Shown here: positions 7,073 through 12,944 of the stretch, one piece after another
Numbering within the stretch: position 1 is the first letter of the stretch
Layout: every line of letters begins with the position of its first letter
Assembly (NCBI GenBank): GCA_044356725.1
Contig: JBIKVS010000017.1
Location: 1-12,944, forward strand
Length of the DNA: 12,944 bases
Origin: Minisyncoccia bacterium
GTDB taxonomy: Bacteria > Patescibacteriota > Minisyncoccia > SW-4-49-11
Reading direction: 5' to 3'
Position numbers and translations under genes: made by a program
Notes under the pieces: model-generated
The model's input: the letters and a program-made list of their open reading frames with translations, nothing else
Databases searched by the model: none
What the model was told of the DNA's origin: nothing

Positions 7073-8203
7073 ACTAACAGCTCCAAAGGAGAATATAATA
7101 ATCATCACAATTCCAACCCACTTAAGATGCCCTAAACTATAAGTAGGTGGCATTTCTCCAGATACCTTAGCCTTCCAAAAGGTAAGTATAATTAATATAG
7201 AAATCACACTAACTCCTATACCTCCAGCATATTGAATAATTGTATTAAATTGAGCCCAATCGAAGAATAAAAGTACCATCGGTGGGAAAGTTGTTAGAAT
7301 AACAGCTATACTTCTTTTTATTTTAGCAAAATTAATATAAGATTCTATCATTGAAAGACCCATCGTAATAAATGATGTCATCATAGCAATCACTGCAAAT
7401 ATAGATGTAATAATTAAAACTTGCTCCCCTAATTTATCCCCCAATGAAATAACTGCTAAAGGTGTAATATCGTTCCCTGCCACACCTATTACTAAAGATA
7501 TAAAAACACTATATAGTAAAATTGGAATCAAAACACCTAATTGAATTACTGATTCCATTTGGTCTGATTTTTTACCTAATATAGTCTTGATATGTGGAAT
7601 AGCAATAACCCCAAAATATGAGAATAATATAGCTCCATAGGGTTCAAAAGCATCCTTAAAAGAATTAGTGGGTTGTAAATTAAATTGAGTCCAATCAATA
7701 TTTTTGGAATAAATTGCCTTTAACCAGATAGTTATAATAATTAAAACCATACCTGATACAAAAACAATATTCCATTGACTAACAAATTTCAGACCTTTCA
7801 CAATAAAGTATGTACCTATAGCAAAGAAAACAATAGACCAATTAAATGAGGATGCAGGAATAATTCTATTCATAATATCCCCTGCCCCTCTAATATAGGC
7901 TGACATAGCTCCATAGATTAATATTGATATCGCCCCTAATGCTAGAATATAACCTCTTTTACCTAGATATAATTTTATTATTTCTGGAATATGTAAATTT
8001 TTTTTCGTTCTTAAAATAACCTCACCTAACATTAAGTTTAGAACTATCATAACTATACCTAGTATAGTTAAATATAATATTCCTAACCAATACCCAGCGA
8101 TATATATGCTATACGGTATAGCTAAAATTCCAGCTCCGATAGTGGTACCTGTTAATATAGAAACCGCTTTGATAAATTGATATTTTTCAGCTTTTTTTGA
8201 CAT
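7061..8203 (-). CDS. Amino acid permease, aromatic/hydroxy amino acid (Trp/Tyr permease-like) family
   Basis: First-helix motif GTTIGAGILAIP, many hydrophobic segments and TSFITMG. Convergent 12-bp overlap with uvrB. Substrate not determinable. Confidence 0.85.
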   Translation of the reverse strand: MSKKAEKYQFIKAVSILTGTTIGAGILAIPYSIYIAGYWLGILYLTILGIVMIVLNLMLGEVILRTKKNLHIPEIIKLYLGKRGYILALGAISILIYGAMSAYIRGAGDIMNRIIPASSFNWSIVFFAIGTYFIVKGLKFVSQWNIVFVSGMVLIIITIWLKAIYSKNIDWTQFNLQPTNSFKDAFEPYGAILFSYFGVIAIPHIKTILGKKSDQMESVIQLGVLIPILLYSVFISLVIGVAGNDITPLAVISLGDKLGEQVLIITSIFAVIAMMTSFITMGLSMIESYINFAKIKRSIAVILTTFPPMVLLFFDWAQFNTIIQYAGGIGVSVISILIILTFWKAKVSGEMPPTYSLGHLKWVGIVMIIIFSFGAVSLFI

Positions 8204-8228
8204 TATTAATTATGTTTTTTATATATTT

Positions 8229-8237
8229 ATTATATCA
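8229..8237 (-). promoter_or_regulatory. Extended -10 promoter of the permease
   Basis: TGATATAAT on the minus strand, 25 nt upstream of the ATG at 8203. Confidence 0.6.
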
Positions 8238-8260
8238 AATTATTCTAGATAAGTGTAGGT

Positions 8261-8295
8261 GGGGAATTACAAGTTGTGAATGATGAGTTGTGAAT
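8261..8295 (-). repeat. Degenerate heptamer tandem array, module C copy 2
   Basis: Minus strand reads ATTCACA ACTCATC ATTCACA ACTTGTA ATTCCCC. Bracketed by GTAGG (8255-8259) and CCTAC (8313-8317). Confidence 0.7.
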
Positions 8296-8345
8296 TTTGT
8301 AATGGAACCATCCCTACGTGAGGTAAACGTTTATCCTTCCATATC

Positions 8346-8368
8346 GTAGGGGCGACCTTTCAGTAGCC
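8346..8368 (+). repeat. GTAG-type REP-like palindrome, module A copy 2
   Basis: GTAGGGGCGACCTTTCAGTAGCC; 21/23 identical to the reverse complement of 4957-4979. Confidence 0.85.
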
Positions 8369-8371
8369 TTT

Positions 8372-8413
8372 GTCCTCCCTTGGGGGAGGTGGCACAAAGT
8401 GACGGATGAGGAC
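8372..8413 (+). repeat. Double-hairpin intergenic repeat, module B copy 2
   Basis: GTCCTCCCTTGGGGGAGGTGGCACAAAGTGACGGATGAGGAC: hairpins CCTCCC-TTGG-GGGAGG and CAC-AAA-GTG, ends GTCCTC/GAGGAC. A partial inverted remnant (CCCTCTCAAGGGAG) lies at 8431-8444. Confidence 0.85.
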
Positions 8414-8453
8414 TGAACTATGTATTTCTACCCTCTCAAGGGAGTGCTGAAAA

Positions 8454-9131
8454 TTAATGGTTATGACCTACCATACAATAAACTTCCAAATTAGGGTGAT
8501 TATATAGATACTCTAGAGGCCAATTTTTAATCCCAATTGGATTTTGGATATATTCTTGCAGTTTATCATATTTATCCTTGCCTTTGATTAGAATAATAAT
8601 TTTCTCAGAATTATATATATACTCAGGACTCAGGCTCAATCTATCTCTAGTAGGATAATAGTCAGGAGCTTGAGTGATAAGAGCTTTATTTGATACCGGC
8701 TTATCCCAATATTCCCCGCCGGCAAAAAGTGAAGCAAAATGACCATCTAGGCCCATACCGAGAATAGTCAAACCTAGTTTCTGAGGTAAATTCTGTTGAG
8801 CTTTGTCTAAAATATCTTGAATTGAGGTGGAATATTCAAAGCGAATAATTTGTCTAAAGTTTACTCCCTCAAAACTTTTCTCTATACTACTCCAATTAGA
8901 TTCCGCTGAGGTCTCTGGTACATATCTCTCATCTACTTGAATTAAATCTATCTTAGAGAAATCTAAATCTTGACCAACTAACTCTCTATAGATGTCAAAA
9001 GGAGTACTCCCCCCAGATACCGCCAAATTAGCCTCTCCAGATAGATTAATCTGCTCCGAGAGACTACTCGCAATAGACTCTACACTATCTCCTATCCAAT
9101 CTTGTTGTGTGTTAAATGTATGTAGTTTCAT
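8454..9131 (-). CDS. pgl: 6-phosphogluconolactonase (DevB type, glucosamine-6-phosphate isomerase fold)
   Basis: LAVSGGSTP, DERYVP...SN, LGMGLDGHFASLF, RLSLS and GKDK motifs. Confidence 0.9.
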   Translation of the reverse strand: MKLHTFNTQQDWIGDSVESIASSLSEQINLSGEANLAVSGGSTPFDIYRELVGQDLDFSKIDLIQVDERYVPETSAESNWSSIEKSFEGVNFRQIIRFEYSTSIQDILDKAQQNLPQKLGLTILGMGLDGHFASLFAGGEYWDKPVSNKALITQAPDYYPTRDRLSLSPEYIYNSEKIIILIKGKDKYDKLQEYIQNPIGIKNWPLEYLYNHPNLEVYCMVGHNH

Positions 9132-9140
9132 ATGATATAC

Positions 9141-9149
9141 ATTATAGCA
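9141..9149 (-). promoter_or_regulatory. Extended -10 promoter of pgl, near-leaderless, inside a palindrome
   Basis: TGCTATAAT on the minus strand ending 9 nt before the ATG at 9131, the same motif and spacing as uvrB. Confidence 0.7.
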
Positions 9150-9182
9150 TATGAAACTAATTTTTAACTATAAATTGTTAGT

Positions 9183-9250
9183 TTCGTAAGTGCGACCTTT
9201 CAGTCGAACCTACAAAAAAACAATGTCGGCGAGGGCACCGACTCTACGAA
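9183..9250. repeat. Inverted REP doublet (REPIN-like): module A copy 3 plus a second REP type
   Basis: GTAAGTGCGACCTTTCAGTCGAA (9186-9208) is a diverged module A. The minus strand of 9225-9247 reads GTAGAGTCGGTGCCCTCGCCGAC (GTAG plus a GTCGG/CCGAC stem). The ends TTCGTA/TACGAA are complementary. Confidence 0.75.
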
Positions 9251-9270
9251 TTTACAGTTCATAATTTATA
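9250..9270 (+). repeat. Heptamer tandem array, module C copy 3
   Basis: ATTTACA GTTCATA ATTTATA, alignable with 4981-5001. Confidence 0.6.
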
Positions 9271-9280
9271 ACTCTTTTTA

Positions 9281-9289
9281 TGTTATAAT
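9281..9289 (+). promoter_or_regulatory. Extended -10 promoter of dnaE
   Basis: TGTTATAAT within CTTTTTATGTTATAATAT, compared with CTTTTTATGCTATAATAT upstream of uvrB. Confidence 0.65.
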
Positions 9290-9313
9290 ATATAAAATGA
9301 AAATTTTTATATT

Positions 9314-12300
9314 ATGCAGGAATTTGTTCATCTTAATACCCGTTCTCATTATAGTATTCTAGAGGCTATTGGCTCTATTGGAGATATTATTATTAAAGCT
9401 CAAGAATTAGAGTTTTCAGCTATTGCTTTGACTGATGTCAATAATATGTTTGGGGCGATTGAGTTTTATGAGAAAGCTACCAAAGCTAATCTTAAACCTA
9501 TTTTGGGAGTTAATTTATCTGTGTCTAGTCTGGACGGAGATATTTCTAAGCCTTATAGTTTAACTTTATTAGCTAAGTCTTATAACGGCTATACCAATTT
9601 GATTGAACTTGTATCTTTAGTTAGGTTAAATTCTAATCAACCGGTTTCTATTGAGAATTTAGCTCAATATGCCGAGGATTTAATTTGTTTATCTGGTAAT
9701 TATCAGTCGGAAATAGCTGATTATGTCTTACATAACTCTAATAGAACACAAGATTGGCTTAAAATATATGGAGATATATTCAAAGATAATTTATATTTAG
9801 AACTTTTACCTCTGAAAAATACTCCTGATCAAATTAAAACTAATACAGAACTTATAGAATTAGCTAAGAAATATAATCTGCCTTTAGTTTTGACCGCTCA
9901 TGGTATGTATCTTGACTCGAAGCAGAAAACTGCCCATGATATTATGCTGGCTATTAAAAATAAAACTAATATCCAAAATCCTGACAGGGTTAGTTTTGTA
10001 GGAGAAGATTATTCTCTCAAGTCAGCAGATGAAATGTACAACTTAGCTCAGGAATTTAATATCCCTGAAGAAGCTCTTACTAATACTAAAATTATAGCAG
10101 AAAAGTGTAATGTGGAAATTCCATTATACCAGATTCAGTTGCCTAAATTTGAGGTACCAGCTCTTGAGAATGGGGAGGTTTTAGATAATGAACAGTATTT
10201 GAGACACTTATGTGAGCAAGGTATAGCTAAAAGATATGTAAAACAGGACAAAAAAGAGATCTTGGAAAGACTAGATTATGAGTTTGATGTTATCAAAAAC
10301 GCTGGATATATTGATTATTTTTTAATCGTCTCAGACTTCATTACTTGGGCTAAAAATAATGGAGTTCTAGTAGGTCCGGGAAGAGGTTCGGCGGCTGGTA
10401 GCTTGGTGGCTTATTTATTAGAGATTACAGATATTGACCCCTTGGCCTTTCAACTTCTTTTTGAGAGATTTCTAAACCCTGCTCGTGTCTCTATGCCCGA
10501 TATAGATATTGACTTTCAAGATAATAAAAGAGAATTAGTGCTAAATTATGTAGCTCAAAAGTATGGCCAAGACCATGTAGCTCAAATTTGTACTTTTGGG
10601 ACAATGGCTGCTAAAGCGTCAATCAGGGACACTGGTAGAGCTTTAGGATATTCTTATGGATTGTGTGATTCTATTGCCAAATTAATTGACCAGAAGACCA
10701 TAGCCAAATCTTTGGCTAACTCAAGAGAATTGCGAGGACGCTACGATCAAGAAGAAAAAGTTACAACTCTAATCGACACAGCTCAGCAATTGGAAGGCTC
10801 TATAAGACATACTTCCACCCATGCTTGTGCGGTAGTGATTTCACCTCAAAAATTAACTAATTACACTCCCCTACAATTATCTGAATCAGGAGGAAAGACT
10901 GCTATCACTACTCAATACGAAATGCATGCTATTGAAGATTTAGGTTTACTTAAAATGGACTTTTTAGGATTATCTAACCTCTCTACGATTGAATCGACTT
11001 TGAATTTAATAGAAGCTCAAACTGGGACTAAAATAGATATTAATAATCTAGATACTACGGATAAATTAACCTATAAATTGTTCCAAAAAGGGCAAACCAC
11101 GGGGGTTTTCCAATTTGAGTCCCAAGGTATGAAAAAAGCCCTAATTGGGCTAAAGCCATCCGAATTCAACGACTTAATTGCTATGGTATCTTTGTATAGA
11201 CCTGGGCCGATGGAGCTTATTCCAACCTATATTGCCCGTAAGCATAAAAAAGAAGAGGTGACCTACCTACATCCTAATCTAGAAGCTATTTTGAAGCCAA
11301 CCTACGGTATTATGATTTACCAAGAGCAGCTGATGCAAGCCTCCCAAGCGGTGGCAGGTTTTTCACTTCCTGAAGCCGATACTTTGAGAAAAGCAGTTGG
11401 AAAGAAGATCAAAGAGCTGATGGAAGAGCAAAAAATTAATATCATTGAGGGTACAGTCAAACAAGGTATATCAAGGGAAATTGGAGAAAAGCTTTGGGAG
11501 CTAATAGAACCTTTTGGAGATTATGGATTTAATAAATCTCATGCCGCTTGTTATGCTATGATAGCTTATCAGACAGCCTACCTCAAAGCCCATTATCCAT
11601 TACAGTTTATGGTGGCTTTACTAAATAGCGATGCTAAAGATATGGCAAGAATCGCCATAGATATAACCGAAGCAAGACAATTAGGATTAACTATTAAGCC
11701 CCCTAGTGTCAATATTAGTCAGGCTCAGTTTACAGGAACAGACTCTACTATATTCTATGGTCTTGGCAGTATCAAAAATATGAGCAGTAATTTGGCAGAA
11801 TATATAGAATCTGAGAGGAAAGAAAATGGACAATTTCAATCTCTAGAAGACTTTATCACTAGAATACCAGCTAAGGAACTGAATAAAAAGAATTTTGAAG
11901 CCCTTATCAAAGCCGGAGCCCTAGATAAATTTGAGCCAAGATATATCCTGATTCATAATTTAGAAAATATTATTAGCTTTATTAGAACTATAGCTACTCA
12001 GAACAATAGCGCGGTGCCACAAAACTCACTGTTTGGAGCTGCAGTACCCACCTCACCGAAACTAGAGCTAGAAACAATCCCAGCCAATTCATCCGAGAAT
12101 TTAAATCAAATTCTAGAGCTAGAAAATCAATATTTAGGATTATGGATATCTACCCATCCAATTGATGAATATAAGGATATTCTAACAGAATTAAATCTGC
12201 CAAATATCAAAGAGGTCAAAGAAGCTAAAAGAAAGACTGGTCTAATCCTAACTGGAGTAATTAAGGATATCAAAATTATCAATACCAAGAGCGGGGCAAA

Positions 12301-12868
12301 GATGGCCTTTCTAAACTTAGAAGATGTCTCAGACAATATAGAGGTAATTATATTCCCTAGTATATACCGAAACTTGTCTGATAAAATTAATACAGGAGCT
12401 GGCTTTGCCATAAAAGGTAAAAGACAAGACAAAGACGGAGTGTCTCAATTTATAGCCTCCGAAGCTAAATCTTTGTCAGATGGAGATATTATAAAATGGA
12501 CTAACTCTAAATCTGCTCCATCTCTTAGTAATTCAGTTGAGGAAATTGGCTTAGAGATTCCAGAATATAATGAGCAAGAGCCACAAAATAATATCCCCAC
12601 CACTCAAGATGGAGCTGAAATAGTCGGGATAAATATCATAATCCCCCCTCACACCACTCCTGAAGCCTTGGTTAAAGTTAAAGAAATCTTAACCCGAGAA
12701 GCCAAAGGTAAATGCCCGGTATATTTAATCGCCAATTACAATACCCCCAAGATGCAAGTCAAAGCAACTCATTTCTCCGTCCACTATTCCGATGAATTAG
12801 TAGCTAGAATAAAATATATGTCTAGGATGAAACACATCGTGGAAAGAGAGAAGAGGGAGGATAAATAG
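9314..12868 (+). CDS. dnaE: DNA polymerase III subunit alpha
   Basis: PHP domain, GPGRGSAAGSLVAY, catalytic PDIDIDF and KMDFLGL, YGFNKSHAA, clamp-binding-like QNSLF and an OB fold (MAFLNLED). No intein. Confidence 0.99.
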   Translation: MQEFVHLNTRSHYSILEAIGSIGDIIIKAQELEFSAIALTDVNNMFGAIEFYEKATKANLKPILGVNLSVSSLDGDISKPYSLTLLAKSYNGYTNLIELVSLVRLNSNQPVSIENLAQYAEDLICLSGNYQSEIADYVLHNSNRTQDWLKIYGDIFKDNLYLELLPLKNTPDQIKTNTELIELAKKYNLPLVLTAHGMYLDSKQKTAHDIMLAIKNKTNIQNPDRVSFVGEDYSLKSADEMYNLAQEFNIPEEALTNTKIIAEKCNVEIPLYQIQLPKFEVPALENGEVLDNEQYLRHLCEQGIAKRYVKQDKKEILERLDYEFDVIKNAGYIDYFLIVSDFITWAKNNGVLVGPGRGSAAGSLVAYLLEITDIDPLAFQLLFERFLNPARVSMPDIDIDFQDNKRELVLNYVAQKYGQDHVAQICTFGTMAAKASIRDTGRALGYSYGLCDSIAKLIDQKTIAKSLANSRELRGRYDQEEKVTTLIDTAQQLEGSIRHTSTHACAVVISPQKLTNYTPLQLSESGGKTAITTQYEMHAIEDLGLLKMDFLGLSNLSTIESTLNLIEAQTGTKIDINNLDTTDKLTYKLFQKGQTTGVFQFESQGMKKALIGLKPSEFNDLIAMVSLYRPGPMELIPTYIARKHKKEEVTYLHPNLEAILKPTYGIMIYQEQLMQASQAVAGFSLPEADTLRKAVGKKIKELMEEQKINIIEGTVKQGISREIGEKLWELIEPFGDYGFNKSHAACYAMIAYQTAYLKAHYPLQFMVALLNSDAKDMARIAIDITEARQLGLTIKPPSVNISQAQFTGTDSTIFYGLGSIKNMSSNLAEYIESERKENGQFQSLEDFITRIPAKELNKKNFEALIKAGALDKFEPRYILIHNLENIISFIRTIATQNNSAVPQNSLFGAAVPTSPKLELETIPANSSENLNQILELENQYLGLWISTHPIDEYKDILTELNLPNIKEVKEAKRKTGLILTGVIKDIKIINTKSGAKMAFLNLEDVSDNIEVIIFPSIYRNLSDKINTGAGFAIKGKRQDKDGVSQFIASEAKSLSDGDIIKWTNSKSAPSLSNSVEEIGLEIPEYNEQEPQNNIPTTQDGAEIVGINIIIPPHTTPEALVKVKEILTREAKGKCPVYLIANYNTPKMQVKATHFSVHYSDELVARIKYMSRMKHIVEREKREDK

Positions 12869-12898
12869 GAAGAGGAGCCGTAAGGCTCCTCTTCCTAT
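12865..12898. repeat. Perfect 15-bp hairpin overlapping the dnaE stop codon (atypical terminator or repeat element)
   Basis: ATAGGAAGAGGAGCC-GTAA-GGCTCCTCTTCCTAT. No U-tract follows on the + strand. Confidence 0.75.
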
Positions 12899-12944
12899 GG
12901 GGAATAAGATATAATAGTGATACAAATTATTAACTAAGAACTAC

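Noticed and set aside
6832-7086. 84-aa minus-strand ORF
   Set aside because: Antisense to the uvrB C-terminus, with no independent support.
9151-9189. 12-codon ORF MKLIFNYKLLVS mirroring the pgl start
   Set aside because: A by-product of the palindrome; too short and without a good promoter.
4912-9250. Intergenic repeats as a CRISPR array or integron attC sites
   Set aside because: No regular repeat-spacer period, mixed orientations, no cas or integrase gene in the window, no clear RYYYAAC/GTTRRRY boundaries, and the flanking genes are housekeeping genes.
12127-12432. 101-aa minus-strand ORF
   Set aside because: Antisense shadow within dnaE.
9314-12868. Intein in dnaE
   Set aside because: Normal length, contiguous motifs including the YGFNKSH site, and no splicing motifs.
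1-12944. Alternative genetic code (UGA read as Gly or Trp), since no gene here ends in TGA
   Set aside because: All long genes are full length under code 11 with no in-frame TGA. The TAA/TAG preference is compatible with low GC.

Overview
AT-rich bacterial housekeeping region that reads cleanly in genetic code 11. Gene style suggests Patescibacteria/CPR (holA N-terminus, DUF3048 protein, lone receiver domain, no Shine-Dalgarno sites, no rplI after rpsR); this taxonomy is an inference. Order: 3' end of an IS481/IS3-type transposase missed by the ORF track (element end about 127), rpsF-ssb-rpsR-rpsT with a bidirectional terminator, a NUDIX hydrolase, then on the minus strand holA, a DUF3048 protein and a response regulator, then uvrB (+), an aromatic amino acid permease (-), 6-phosphogluconolactonase (-) and dnaE (+). 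The most interesting signals are non-coding. (1) The three large intergenic gaps (about 4877-5015, 8255-8444, 9166-9270) are built from the same shuffled modules: GTAG-type REP-like hairpins, a 41-42 nt double-hairpin element with compensatory changes, and 7-nt tandem repeats that point into extended -10 promoters. (2) The IS ends 5 bp before the -35 box of the rpsF promoter, and its transposase stops inside the -10 box. (3) A near-perfect 37-bp palindrome covers the pgl promoter and start codon. (4) DnaE has lost essentially all PHP metal ligands.
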